Assembly: GCA_001643675.2 (NCBI GenBank) | Contig: LSRY02000043.1 | Location: forward strand, 744,001-808,000 | Length of the DNA: 64,000 nt | DNA from: Monocercomonoides exilis PA203 | Lineage: Eukaryota; Protista; Preaxostyla | Reading direction: 5' to 3' | Made by a program: the position numbers and the translations under genes | Part shown: positions 26,801 through 40,506 of the stretch, piece after piece | Layout of the letters: each line of letters starts with the position of its first letter | How positions within the stretch are numbered: position 1 is the first letter of the stretch | Notes under the pieces: model-generated | The model's input: the letters and a program-made list of their open reading frames with translations, nothing else | Databases searched by the model: none | Told to the model about the DNA's origin: nothing

Positions 26801-28010
26801 GTCTAATATCGGTTGGATTGATTGTTGGAATGATCCTTCCAAGTATCTGCTTCAGTGTGTTCTCCTTCAACTTCGTAAGTGAATCTCTTTTCTCCCTGTC
26901 CTTCATCTCAGTTGTTATAAATGTTGCTTCGATTGAGCTGTTTTCTTTCATTTTTGTTGAGTTGAATGTATTTGAGGTGTCATATTCAAATACAAATCTG
27001 CTCTTTTTCGGTGTCTGCCGGCTGGCTTGTGTGCTTGTCTAAAATATCTTTGCACTGAGTTACTTGTCCAACTCCACATCTTCCTTTTCCTCCTCCTCAT
27101 CATCATCATCCACTTCCTAGCCATATTCATTCCCATCAATGTCACTTTTGCTTCTTCCACTCATTTCACTCGTGTCAGACACAGAAGAGTCAGATGCGAT
27201 GCTGCCTTCTGTCACACCAAGCAGCTCCAGCTCTCTCGAAAGCAGCTCACTCAGTACATCATACGTACTCATCATCGGACTTGTCTTTGATAGGAATGCT
27301 TTTCCTTTCGCTTTTCCTTTCCCTTTCACGCTCGCTTATCCTCTCCGCTTTTCACCTTTTTGCCTTCAAAACTCAAATTCATCTGGAGGAAGCTCGTCAA
27401 ACACAGAAATAATTCTTTCTTTTTTTTCTCCTTTCTTTTTTAACCCTTCTCATCTTTTTTCACTTTCTCTTTGTTTCCAAGTTTCCTCTAACTCTCCAAT
27501 GCAGCAGCTGGCTCCAAACGCCTATCATTCTGCGCTGTCTCATCAGTATTAGCACCTCCTTCGCTCTCCTTCCCCTGCTGACTCAACCACATCTCAGTCA
27601 TCATCCGCTTTCTCTTCATCTTCGGAGGCCTTCCTCTTGGAATAGCCAGCGGCACATGTTCCATCCCCACACGCAACAGCTTCTTCTTCTTGCTGTTATT
27701 ATTGTTATTGCTGTAGTTGCTGCTTCCTCCCATCTTGTTTGTCAGCCTTAGCACTTCTGATTTGAACTCTGGTGGAGCAATTCTTGAACCTGTGTGTGCT
27801 TTCATACAAATTGGCCGTTTGAATGCAGCAAGCGCTTTTCGCCTGTTGCTTCTTTTGAGTGTTCTTCCAAGTGCTGTTGTTGAAACACTCAGCAGTGAAA
27901 CAAATGAAGAAGAAAAGGATGAAGGATTCTTTGTCAAAGTACTTGAATTCTGGCATGACGAAGCTGGAAAACCAGCATTTAACGAAGCAGAAGAAGAAGA
28001 AAATAAAAGA
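23870..28010 (-). pseudogene. Cargo: long frameshifted host-like low-complexity gene
   Basis: Chain of overlapping broken minus-strand ORFs (S-rich, D/E-rich, K-rich); no domain recognised. Confidence 0.5.
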
Positions 28011-29200
28011 CTTGGAAATAAAATTAAAAAATTAAAATAAATAAAATGCCTTGAAGGGCAAACATATAATAATTTGCTTTCTCTCCATAAGAAACGGGAA
28101 ACAGCAAAATTCTACTCAGGATTCAGTTGGATAACAGTGAAAGAATTTCGAATAGGAAAAGAGAAAAAGCATTCGAAATATTAAAAAGAATCTTTCATAA
28201 GTTGCAAAAAATAAGCAAAAATAGAGTATCAAACACAAAATTTCAAACCTTTTTCTTCATTGAAATCCCATTTCAATTTTCAATTATCTTATTGATCTGC
28301 AATTTGCAGAAATGCTTATTAATTGCATTACGACAATATTTATATGTTGTCGAAGTGTTTCATGAGGTTTATAACGATTTCTGCAAATTTCCACGTTATG
28401 AAAAAGTTTTCATGATCATTGAGATCTTTTATTAAAAGCAATAAGTTTTTTGTTGATCTGTTTGTTTAAATTCATTTCTCTCAAATAAATATTTATTGCT
28501 TTTAACGATAATTTTAGTAATATGGAAAAAACTGAAATTGATTTCAAGGAGAAAATGCTTGTTTATTCGAATTTGAGTTTTTTTCGAAAAGGAAAAAATA
28601 TCAGTGAAATGAAAAAAAATTGCGTAAAAAAAAAAACAATCGTTCATAAACCAAAATGACATAAAAAAACAAAAAGAACTTCCTGATATCGATCATAAGT
28701 AAAATTGAAAACGGAAAGAAATTTTCTTATCAGATTCTGAAACTTTCAAAAAAACATAATTCAATCTCATTATCATAAAACAATCACCAAATATCAACTT
28801 AATATCAACAATTTTGAACAATAAAAAATATAAAAAGAAATTGTACTATTTCAATAAATTCATGGTATCAAAGACATTTCCAAATAAAAATGAATATTTT
28901 TATTAATAGTTCAAGTACTAACTTGTCAATTTCCCCTCTGTTTTCCATCCACTCTCCCCTTTCTGAAATTTCTCAAACTTTGACTCAAATAGATCAAATC
29001 CAACAAAAAAAAAAGACAGACACAATGATGAAACAACATTTCACACTCTCAGCTATTCTCCTTTCCTCAAATCTAGTCCAAAGATCAATGAATTCCTTCT
29101 CAATTCTATCTATTAATGAATCCCGATAAATACAATTATTATAGTGACAATAACCAATTACATAATAGGGATTGTATTTGGACAAAAATCTCAAGAAAAC

Positions 29201-29347
29201 AATCGGATTCTAACTATTGTGCACCTGGGAGGCTGTTCGTCGTATCCAGGTCCGGATAAAGCATCCAGGAGGCTGCAGCATCTAATACGAACAGTCATGT
29301 CCAGCACCCTTCCGATAGAGTGCCAGCTAAGCATGCACAACAACTAG
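29201..29347 (-). ncRNA. Putative structured RNA (unknown family) 3' of USP-transposase, copy 2
   Basis: GC-rich island; 14-bp closing stem with G-U pairs only in transposase-sense orientation; same conserved blocks as 19455-19582. Confidence 0.65.
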
Positions 29348-29471
29348 TTTCTTAAAAAAAAACACCATTAATACAATATTAAGATTCATTTAAAGATGTA
29401 GAGTCAAGAAAAAGATCAAATCTTCTTGAAAGAAGATCTTGAGAAGATTGAGAAAGAAGAGAAGAGTTTGA

Positions 29472-32400
29472 TTATGTGAAATCAGAGTTGAAGGTCTTTC
29501 TTGAACGTTGAATTTTTTCTTTCATTGTCGAAGATTCGAGGGCAACCAGAGAGCGTTGAGGAAGATATCCAACAGCTGAAGCAGAGACAAATGAGCCTTT
29601 GCGCTCAAAATACAAGTAATCTTTCATGTGGGGAACTGACAATGATGGCCATGAGATTTGTTGAGATGGTACGTACTCTTCAAAGAACCTCTCATGCACA
29701 CACTCCTTGATAGATGATGACGATGGGGAGTTGTTTGATGATGACGTTGAGAAAATGTTTGATTGAGAAGTTGAAGAAGCAGATGTCGAAGTGTTCATAT
29801 TGTTTTCGAAGAAGCTGATCAAATCATGAAGTGTTGTGATGTGTTCTGTCGAAAGATTGTTGTCGATTGCATTCACTAACGCACCAAATTCACTATCACA
29901 AATGTTTTTTCCATGGTGCTCAGCGAAGAAGTTGAGTTGAGTATTTTTCTTTTTGAGAAGTTTGGATTGTTTAGAGAGGATGAAGTGAAGAAGGAAGCGA
30001 TTTCTGTTGAGTGGACCAGAATCGCAGAAGAACTTAAAAGTGTGAGTGTCTGAGAAGAAGTGTCTTTTGATCACAGATTCCAGACACTCAATAACAAATA
30101 TGTGATCATTTGAGAGGCAGTTGGAGAAGAAGTTGAATGTTCGTTTTATTTGTTGATTATTAATTTTTTGAAGAAAGATGATCGTAAATTGAGTAACCTG
30201 TTGAAAGTTGAAGAATTCCTGTTGAAGTTGGTTCTTTCTGATGGGGAGTTTCCATTTTTCTTTGAAGTCGAAGACAAAGACTGCTTTTCCCTCTTTCAGA
30301 TTATCAACAGTTGATTGATAATGTTTTCGTTGCATTTCTGCAACAAGTCTGTGTTGTCGAAGAAGTTTCAGAGTGTGAAACTCTGCAGGAGAAAGTCCAT
30401 TTTTGTTTTGTGAAGATTTGAGTTTATTCTCCAAATAACTCAACTTCTCACACATGTTACAGAGATTTGTGCGCCTTTTTTACTTTGGAGAAGTTGGTTG
30501 TGAGTTTGTTGAAGTGCGATAATGAAACTTTGATGTTTGTTTCATCTGTAAACTCTTTCCATAATTTCGTCTTAAGCTTGAAGATTAATCTCTATTCGTT
30601 GGGATAAAAGATACCCGTTTTTTTTCTTTTTTCTTTCAAAGCTTCCAATTCATTATTTATTGAAATTAAAAAAGATAGGAAACGAATTGAATTTGAACGA
30701 TGAGGAGGTGTGATGAATGCAGATGATGATAATGATATGCTATTTGAAGTGTTTGAATTTGATGTTTCTGAAGAAGACGAAGAAGAGGAACCACCGAATT
30801 GAATTGTTGAAAACGTTGGATTTGTTTTTCCTTTTGTGTTGAAAGAAAGGGAAGGAGTGTAACCTTGAATGTGAAGATTATTCCATGAAGAACTCCATTT
30901 ATCACTATCGAATTCAGTCACTTCAGCATCATTGCAAATGCACCATTTGATTACGTTTCTATTTATCTTTTTGACAACTGCAATGTAGTGTCCGTTTTGA
31001 TTATCCAAATGTTTAAACAAAACTTGGCCAACAAGATGGAAAATGATCGTTTGCTGATTATCCTTTTGAAAATGTTGAGCATTTTCTTCTGAAAATCCTT
31101 TGCAGAACGTGCGCTGGATAGCACGATCAGTTTCAATCAGAAGCGTTCTCGATGGTACAGAACTAGCAGAATCAGTGCATTCATGACAGAGGGCAAGCAC
31201 TTCTGGAAATGAAACTATTTCCTCTTATCTCTCAGCACAGCATTTATCCTTACACACATCGCAAAAGACACTATTCTTTCCTTCCAAAACTTCTGTGGTA
31301 AAGAGAGATGATAGACCTTTGTGAGGAGAAGATGAATTAATTATTACGTTGCAACAAATTTCAATGATGTGTGATGTGATATTTTGGCATTTTTGACATT
31401 TGAGATGAGTAATGATAACTGGATTGAAGGAATCCTTGTTTATCAACTCATCTTTTTGAAGAAGTCGGTGAAGATTGTCAAATGCCTCAGCTACGTTTTG
31501 CTGCTGTCTGCTACCATATCCACAAAAGTCTTCCCATTTGTTGATCAGTGATGGGACCCATGAACGCACTGCCATTCCATCTTTCGCCAATTGTTGACAA
31601 ACACTCAAAACACGAGAAGACATTGTTTTTATTGCTGTTTGCTTTTTAAATAAGAATGTTTTTGAATAGTTATTGAAGAGAAACATTGAAGAAGAGAAGC
31701 CAAATAGCATGTGTTGCCTAAGTTTGGCAATCCTTTTGCTATTTGTGATGATGTTTTCGAAGAATTTCATGAATTTGAAGAAGTTTAAGAATGAGAATGA
31801 TTTTAAATTGAATTTTCTTTAGCATTCTTTTTTGAAATATTTTTTGAAGAATTATTTTGTTGACATATTTCATTGTTTGGAGATTGAACGCTTTGTTGTT
31901 GATAAGTTATAGTATCATTCTCTTTAGAAAATGATGAAAGAAGATTTTGAAATGCTTGAGGTGGAATAAGATTGGGTGAAATGGTATATTCAACTAATTG
32001 ATCACTCACAAACACATTTCCATTTTGAAATGATGAAGAATTTAATTTTTCTTTCAATTTTTTTGTGATTGAAATTTGCTGAAGATGATTTTTGTTTTGT
32101 TCTGATAAGTTTGTGAATTGGAATTGGAGATGGAGGAGAATAACGTTTGTGACTTGAATTTTGATTTTGATTTTTTGTTGGACCACTTTCTCTCCTAATT
32201 GGAGTACTGATTGGGGCATCAACAGCTTGAGAAGAAGAAGAATTTGAAGAAGGAGAATTTTTTTATGAAATGGTTTTTGAATTTTTATTTTGTTGAGATG
32301 ATGTTGAATAAGAAGAAGAAGATTGTTTTTTTATCTGAAGCAGAATTTTCTTTTATTATTTCTTCATCCCACTCTGCTTCGTTAATGAATCTCGCATAAT

Positions 32401-33061
32401 CTGGCTCAGCTCTCTGGTTTTTCTTTGCTGACTGAAGCGAAGTGAAGGTTTCAGTTAAATGGGTTAACATCCAGCTGTTGCCCTTTTCCCAATCCTGTTC
32501 ATTTAAGCCTAAAATAAACAAAGAAAATTATTCAAAAAAAAAAAAAAAATAAAATAAATTCAAACCACTTTTGCAAGATGGAAGATGAGGTTTCTGAGGC
32601 GGAATGATAAATCCTTGGTTTTTTTTAGCGTTTGTTTCGCATAAATTAATTTTCCTTCTGTTACATCATATCCGTAGTCCAGGAAATCAGATAATGATGT
32701 GTTGCGGGATAGCGCTTGTAGCATTGTTGTCTGAGTGTGCAACGGAGCGTTGTTGTACACCACAGACAGGTCTTCCAGCAGCTTTATGTGATATTCTGTT
32801 TCAAAAAAAATAAATAATTAACAAATCATAAAGAAAAAAATAATCGAGAGAAGAAATAAAATTTTTACTCAATATAAAATAATAAAAAACCAAACCATTC
32901 AAAGACTTCAACAAATCGTTAATAACTGAAGATGATTGCCTGTAGTTGTAAAATAGATAGGCAAGCAACGAATCCACATCATCTCCACCAATTCGTTTAA
33001 TTTCGTTCCAAATAACTTTGCATCGCGAATTAAGAGTTGATTGAGGTTTTGAAAAAGACAT
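29472..33061 (-). pseudogene. Sola2-like DDD transposase with inserted USP domain, copy 2 (frameshifts/stops)
   Basis: Exon 1 MSFSKPQSTLNS...SLNG|GT. Cys box KGLPNLGNTCYLASLLQC (minus strand ~31685-31737, in a frame missed by the ORF track), QQNVAE, NGHY, WCICND; FDFKEKW, FCDSGPLNRN, HHGKNICDSEFG. Confidence 0.85.
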
Positions 33062-33139
33062 TTTTATTTTGAAAGTGTTTTAATAATGGTTTGATGATAT
33101 TAGAAATTAATATGTTATTGTTTGAATTCACAACGCTTT

Positions 33140-33209
33140 TTTATTTATTTATTTTTTTTATTTTATTTTATTTTATTTTATTTTATTTTATTTTATTTTA
33201 TTTTATTTT

Positions 33210-33244
<35 letters not shown>
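33140..33244. repeat. (TTTTA)n plus poly-T tract
   Basis: Directly visible. Confidence 0.85.
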
Positions 33245-33245
<1 letters not shown>

Positions 33246-35014
33246 GTTTTGTGTTTATTCAAAGAAAAATTGACAAATAAAATATTCAAAGAGCTTCCAA
33301 AAATGAATATTTATTATTCAAAATTATCCTTCTAAAATTTGCTGACAAGTCAAAACTGACATGAATCTTATTTCATTTTCCACATCATCTGAAAATAATA
33401 TTAACATTAAACAATAAAATAAAAAATTTATTTAAAAATTGTTAAAAATATCATTTATAAAACAAAAAATCTACATTTTTGTTTCAATCATAATTTTATG
33501 AACATTATAGTTATTTTTGTGTTTATTTAAAAAAATGACTTAAGTCAAAATAGGATTTTTTTAATAATTATTTTTTTTGGAAAATGATAAGTTTTTGCAA
33601 AAATATTTTTTTTCAATAGTGACAAATAAAAAACAATGAAAATTTATTGCATCGATTGAAATTTAAAAATAAAGATTGATTTTTTAAATAAATGTTTCTG
33701 ATAATATTCATTCTGAAAATTGTTCGATTTGATCTTATTGATCAAAGAAAGATTTTAATTACACGGGAATTTGCAGAAATCGTTTTTGCGTATATTTATC
33801 TCTTCTTTATATCATTTACACCATTTGGAACAAAAAGATTATCGATTCTGCAAATTCCCGATCAACATAAAAATGAAAATTCGAAATGGGTTTATGGTCA
33901 AATTAAAAAATTTGATTTTTCGGGAAAGAAACTTTGTTTTTTGAAAGCAAAATTCAAATATGATTCATGTCTTCTTTTATGCTTCTTCTTCCTCGATTTT
34001 TTCAAGCAAACTGTTCTTCATTTCCACCACAAAATAGGAAAAAAAGCATTTATAATTTTTAACCTCTTAATTATCATAATTGTTATTACACCTACAATTA
34101 TGACATCCTTCGTTTCCTTATCTTTCTTTCTTCTTCGCAAATTTCTTCTGCTCCGCAACATTCATCTTTCGACAAGCAAACACAAATTATCTTCTTTTCC
34201 ATCATCTTCGCCAGCGCTTTTATCTTCCCCGAATCCACTCATTCGTTGAATGATCGAGACGATGCTGCTTTCTCCTTCCTCTTCCTTCTCCTTCCCCTTC
34301 TCCACCACCTATCTTTCAACCAATCCCTTCTCCTCGTCATTCCCATCCATTACCACCACCTCTCATCTCCTTCAGCTTCTGGCAGATCTGATGCTTTCTT
34401 CTCAATCTGGCCAGCTCTTCTTCAGCATAGCCATGTTTGTGAAAGAAGTGTAGAGGGAAATGCGGATGAGAAGAGTGGTGAAGAGGATACTAAGGAGAAG
34501 ATGGAAAGAGGGGAGAAGGGAGGGAAGAGAGGGAAGAGGAAGTTGGATGAAGAAAGAAGAGGAAATAATATGGAAGGAGGGCTGTATGGTGTTTGAATAG
34601 AAGAAGAAAATGAAGCTGAAGAGGATAATATGAGAATGGATGAAGGAAAAAGAGAAGAAGAATAAAAAGAATGAAAGATGAGAAGAGAAGAGAAAGCCAA
34701 GAAAGAAGAAAAAGAAGAATCCAAAAGAAGTGAAGAAGAAAGGATTTGAAAAAGAGAGCAGTAGATGGAGAATGAAGGAACGAAGAGCGATGAGCTGCCC
34801 GCAGAAAAGGCAGTCATCGAGTATTGTATGCAAGTACTCACCAACATCGCGAGAATTGGAATAACAACAAATTCTATATTGATCCTGTGCTCCTTGGGCT
34901 GGTTGTGGAATTGATGAGGTTTGCCTTATCTATTTTTCTTTCTATTTATTTGATCAATTTAATTATATTCTTTTTGAACTTTCATTTACATATTCTTCAA
35001 ATATTAATTGTAAT

Positions 35015-35520
35015 ATGAATGACATTTCAAATGAAATGATCATCCCCTTCATTCAAAGTGATTATGTGTCTGTTCTGCGAGTGATGGCGTTCCGCGTCTT
35101 TGTGAACTTCTCGTGCGGCAGCGACGAAGACATCCAGCGTCTTCTGCTGCAGCCCTCTTTCTTCGACGTCTTCGCCTCCCACCTGTCCTCCTCCTCGTCC
35201 TGTCTGCGCCACGAGGCAGCGCTCCTCGCCTGCAACATCAGCGCCGGCACCTCCTCCCAGGCATGCACCCTCCTCCGGCCGAGGTGTGTCTTCGCCCTCT
35301 GCCACATTACCCATACAGACACACACAGCGCCCAGTGCCACGCACTGAGGGCACTGAGTGCACTTAGGAACGTGGGGCTGCTGGGGAAGGAGGCGGCGGG
35401 GGTGATTGTGGAGGCAGCGAGCATAGAGGCGGTGGTGCAGATTCTGAAGAGAGGGAGATATCGGAGTGTGTTGTGTTATGCGATGGGCATGCTGTTTGTG
35501 CAAATGGAGGAGAAGAAGAA
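35015..35520 (+). pseudogene. Armadillo-repeat (importin-alpha-like) fragment
   Basis: RVFVNFSCGSDEDIQRLL and LRHEAALLACNISAGTSSQ resemble importin-alpha ARM repeats; surrounding frames are broken. Confidence 0.6.
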
Positions 35521-35809
35521 GGTGAAAGAGAAAGAGAAGGAGAAAGAGGAGAAGAAGAAGAAGTCAGAGGAAGAGAAGGAAGAGGGATTGCTGATCGGGG
35601 GAGAGTATGTGAAGAAAAGAGGAAGAGGAGGAGGAGGAAGAAGAAGAAGCATAAGAAGATAATGTTAACGAAGAAGGATCCACAATATTTGTCTTTGGAG
35701 GGCATAAAGGTGATAAAAATTGGCTTCGCCACTGTTTGAGAGAAAGTAATAGAATGATGGGTATTTCTTTCTTTTTTTTTTTTTGTTTGCTTGTTGGTTT
35801 GTTGAGAGA

Positions 35810-37873
35810 AAAAAGAGAAAGAAGAAGAAATGAAAGAGAAAGAGGAAGAGCTGGACGAGTTGAAAGAAGCGATGGATGATGAAAGAGACAGGAAAAAACG
35901 GTTTGCATTTCTTTTGATGAACACGTAGATTGCAATGAGAAGCTACAAAGCTAAAGCAATGGTAATGAGGAGTGGAAGCGGCATCACAGAGAATTCAATG
36001 AGAAGGAGAAATTGCTGAGCAAAGCAGAAGAACTGATCTGGAGGCGCCGAATGTCCAGCAGCTGGAGTGTTATGCGGGGCGCGTTTCTCGAACAGCAGCA
36101 GCAGGAGAACAGGGCAGCCGAGATGTGGAAGTTGAAAAGAGTTAAGTCTCTGTTCTGCCAGTGGAGGAGGAGCATTCAGGAGCGAAAGGATAGAAAAACG
36201 CACAACATGCAAATTGTGGCGCTTTAGCAGCGGCTAGCGGACATCCGGCTGGTGCATTGGGTGTTCTTTGCGTGGCATTCCGCACACAAAGAGAGGAGCG
36301 AGGAATGCTTGCGGTGGAAGGCAGCAGAGCAGAAGAAAAAGAGGCTGGCACCACGCAACTTCTTTTTCCGATCGCGTGTTTCGTATCTGGAGAAAGAGAA
36401 GATTCGCGCTGAAGGGATCAAAGAAGAGCTGTCGCAGATGACGTCTGTAACGGCGGAGGCGAACATTGCAGCGTCACCCAGAAGCCAAAGCACGAATACA
36501 CAGGAGCCTTTCTCTGGGGTGCCATTTGCAGAGGAGAAGGGGAAGCAGCTGGATGCTGAGCCACTTGGCGGAGGAGGATACGATTCACTCCGGACATTCA
36601 CTGCGAATAACACAGTGAGAACGAACATGCCTCAAAGCGCTTCTCACCCCACAACACTGCAAACTCCCTCCGCTTCGCCCAGTTTGACTGCAGCTCAGAC
36701 GCTGTCGCTGTCCAGCCTGCCTGTGCTGTTCCAACAGCAGAGCGGCAACAGCGCTCTTGTCGACCAGATCCACCGCCTGTCCGCAGAAAATGCGTCTCTT
36801 ATTCTGCAGCTGAAGGAATGCGATGAGCACATAGCAGATCTTGAGAGGGCGCTGGCAGAGGTGCTGGTGAAGCAGGAGTCGCTGCAGGCACAGGCTGCTG
36901 AAGCGAAGGCAGATATCAAGCGCTTCGAGCATATCAAAACAGAACTGGAAGAGCAAGTGGAGTCGCTTATGTCGAGCCAGTCGGAGGAGCAAGTGGAATG
37001 GCTGATGGCGAAGCAGAAGATGGAGAAAGAAGTGGAGGAGCTTAGAGAAAAAGCAGAGCAGGCAGAAGAATTGAAGCTGAAAGCGTAAGAAAGAGAGGCG
37101 CAGTTGAGTGAAGCGAGAGACAAAGATGCCGTTGAGACAGCACAGCGGATGAGGGAGACTACAGAACTGGCAGCGCAGCAGAGGGCGATGCTGCAGGAGA
37201 AAGAGTCGCAGAATGCTGAGCTGAAAAGGGAGAAAGAAGAGCTGGAAAAATTGCTGGAAGGCAAAGACACGACAGTGCGGACAACGATCGAAGGGACGAA
37301 GGAGTATGAAGAGCAGATGGCTGCTTTCAGAAGTCAGATTGAGAAGCTGAGCGAGGAGAATGCGGAGCTGAAGCGCCGGATTTCGGATGCAGTAGATATG
37401 AATGCGGAGAAGGAGCGATGCTGCTGCAGCTGAACTACGAAGTAGAGCTGCTGCGGAAAAGAGAGAGTCTGAAAGTGGAGAAGTTCATTTCTTCTGTTGC
37501 CTCGCATGCGCGTGTGGCGTCAGTGAAGCAGGACAGAAAGATGGAAGAGCAAGAAAACAAAGAGGAAGAGAACAAGACAGAAGTAGTTGAAGGGTTAAAT
37601 TTGAAAACGAATGAGCAGAACATCAATGGAGACGAAATGGAAGCAGAAGCAAGCAACCCACAGCAGCAGTCGTCATCAACCAATTTGGCATCTTCTCTGC
37701 TTAATCCACTTTCAACTGTTAATTTAGCAACAACTTCTTCCTCATCAACACTGTCATCTTCATTATCATCTTCATCATTGTCATCATCATCATCTTCTTC
37801 TTCTCCTCTACCTCCTCCTTTTTCTTCTTCTTCTTCTTCTTCCTCTTCTTCCTCTTTTTTTTCTTCTTCTTAG
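35810..37873 (+). pseudogene. Coiled-coil protein with Trp-spaced (Sfi1-like) repeats, disrupted
   Basis: KSLFCQWR, WVFFAWH, LRWK followed by long E/K/Q heptads; in-frame stops (36225, 37086) and a frameshift. Confidence 0.45.
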
Positions 37874-38177
37874 ATAAACAATAAAAAATTGCAATTTCAA
37901 TTTCATTCAACTTTCGTTAAATTCAGGGCTAAGCGTCATCTTTTATTTTCTTTTCGGAAGCACAAACCGTATGTTTATTTTATCACAGAATATCAGCTGA
38001 AATTATGAAGCAATGCAAGCGATGTTATTTGTCATTTTGTTTAAAATATAACTTTTTGAAGAAGTGTGATATTTATTAAATATCTATTGTTTTAATTTAT
38101 TTCAGGTTTTTTTTTTCTGAAAAGATTGAATTTACCATTATAATTGTTCTCACAAAAATTTTTTAATATAATTTTTC

Positions 38178-39532
38178 ATGTTTCGCACTTCCAAAGTGCA
38201 TTATAGTTTAGACAGAAAAGTAATAAAACTTGAAGTAGCTCATATTTCTGGCATATTTCAAAAAAAGCCATATGAAAGAGCTTTGTTCATTCTTCGAGCT
38301 TTTATGCTTGAAGACTCTTACGGATCGCAGTTATTCAACGATTTTATCAAATCGTGTTTATGTTCGTTTATTTTTTATTTGCTTTTTAATGTTTATTTTA
38401 ATTATTAATTATTGTTTTTTAATTTTTTTATACGACAATTTATATTTTAACATTATTATAATAATAACAACATGTTTATTAACTAGCAACTGTTATTCAA
38501 AAAATCAATGATGTGGAACATTTATCAAATTCTGCTCTTTTTTTACCTCTCGTTTTCTCCTCACAACAAGCACAGACACAATCTTTTCTTCAGCAGCAGC
38601 AGCAGTCTCAAGGGCAGCCATCTCTTCCAGGCAGCACACAGCTCAATCCTCAGGTGGGCGGTGCTTCTCTGCCACAGCCCCAGCTGCAGCCAAATATCCC
38701 CTTGCATCGCACCCAAGTCCCGCAGTCAGCGTAACAACAGAATCAGCTGCAGATGTCTGTGCAGCCTCAGGGGCAAGTCTGTGCAGATCAGCAATCTTCT
38801 CTTCTTCAACTGCAACAGCAACAGCAACAGCAACAGACAATGCAAATGTTTTCTGCGCAATTACCTTCTCAGACTCAACCTCAAAATCAACCTCAACCTC
38901 AAAATCAAAATCAACCTCAATCTCTTCTTCAATCACAGCAACAGTAACAAACTTCTTCTTCAAACTTCACAAACATCAATACAGAAAATGAAGAAAAAAG
39001 GTCATCCACAAATTCACATCATTTCGATAATTTTTGTATTTCTTTAAAAGCTAATTCTTCATTTTACATAAATATTAAAAAAGCAAAGAAATACATGAAG
39101 AATTCGTCTTTTTCTTCTTGAAATAACAAAACAATCAAATAAGCAATATTCATTATCATCATCATCTTCTTCTTCTTCTTCATTATCTTTGAAATTAAAT
39201 TCAAGATCCTGCGTTATCATGCTTCTTTCTTCTCAAAGAGGCTTGAAAAGCAATGGCAGTGTGTGCCCTCTTTCTGCCATTTGTTAATACATGGCTTCAT
39301 TTGGTCTAAAATTAAAAGACATTTCTTCAATGAACAGAATGCAAAAAACATTCATGCATCTGTTTCATCTTCTTCGAATCTCTTCGTTTAATTTTGATGA
39401 GTGGGATGGAGGATAAATAAATAAATTTAACGACACTTATCTTGGATCTAAGAATCAGCCAAAAGAATTGTCTGTTGTTTTTGAAAGACTTCTCAAAGAT
39501 CTTTTTAAAAATTGCAAAGAAATAAATGATAT
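38178..39532 (+). pseudogene. Stand-alone USP-like gene, 5' part (possible exon 1, Q-rich linker, Cys box)
   Basis: RGLKSNGSVCPLSAIC*YM at 39237-39293 aligns with GLENLGNTCNFSSLLQCL; the frame continues at 50188 across the ATAT junction. Linkage of 38178-38950 is less certain. Confidence 0.6.
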
Positions 39533-39785
39533 GGGTCACTCTTTTTGAAAAGTCGCAAATGTTTAATATTTGGGTTTTAAAAAATTGTTCATTATTTGAT
39601 CATTTTATGCTTTAAATGCAGAAAACTTTGTAACATATTCAATTAGAATTCACAAACCTATTTGATGAGAGAATAAGTGCATGTTGGAGAAATCTGATTG
39701 ATTGATCACAAAAAATAATCAAATAAGGATCATTTTTATTGAACCAAAAAATTATTCATTTGCAACTTTTCAAAAAGAATGACCC
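39533..39785. mobile_element. 253-bp GGG...CCC MITE with ATAT TSD
   Basis: GGGTCACTCTTTTTGAAAAGTCGCAAATG / CATTTGCAACTTTTCAAAAAGAATGACCC; ATAT at 39529-39532 and 39786-39789. Confidence 0.88.
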
Positions 39786-40506
39786 ATATGGGAGAAAATT
39801 TTTGAAAAATCACCACAGATCAAAAATGAGATACCATAATAATATTATTTTTCAATTTTTCTTCCATTAAAATGCTATATATTCGTATTTTTTGATGAGT
39901 AAAATTTTATTCGAATATATCATGATAATGTTTGAAGACTTGAAAAAAATTAAATTTTTATTGCATATTTTGATCAAAAAAATTATGATTTTATTGAAAT
40001 TTACGAATACTAGAAGATGTGAATTTCAGAAGAAAACCTCTTCACAGAATTTACAAAAGACAGTGTGCTTTACCAAAGTACCTCAATTAAAGTGTGTTTC
40101 AATTGATTCAAATTACTCATTTTTTGCATTTTGTGTGTTTAATATGAATTGTTTTATACGTTGAAAAAATATTTGTCTTTTCTTATGATAATAACTACAA
40201 ACAAATCAATGCTTATGCAGAATTCTTGTTTTTTCCACAATAAATTCACATCTCCAATTCATTTTCAAAGTATGTTTATCTTCCTGCAAACACATTTTTA
40301 ATCCTCCAAAAGAATGTTTGTTCTTCTAATCTTAAATTTTCATATAATGATTCATATTTTAACGTTTGAATAGAATCCATCAATTCAGATCTTACTGTTT
40401 CATCACCTGACTATTTTTTTTGTAAAGAAAGAGCCAAAGTGAAGAGATTTCAAGTGGTGCCTTCAGGAACATGTCTGTGAAATTAGACAATTAAAGTAAT
40501 TGTAAC

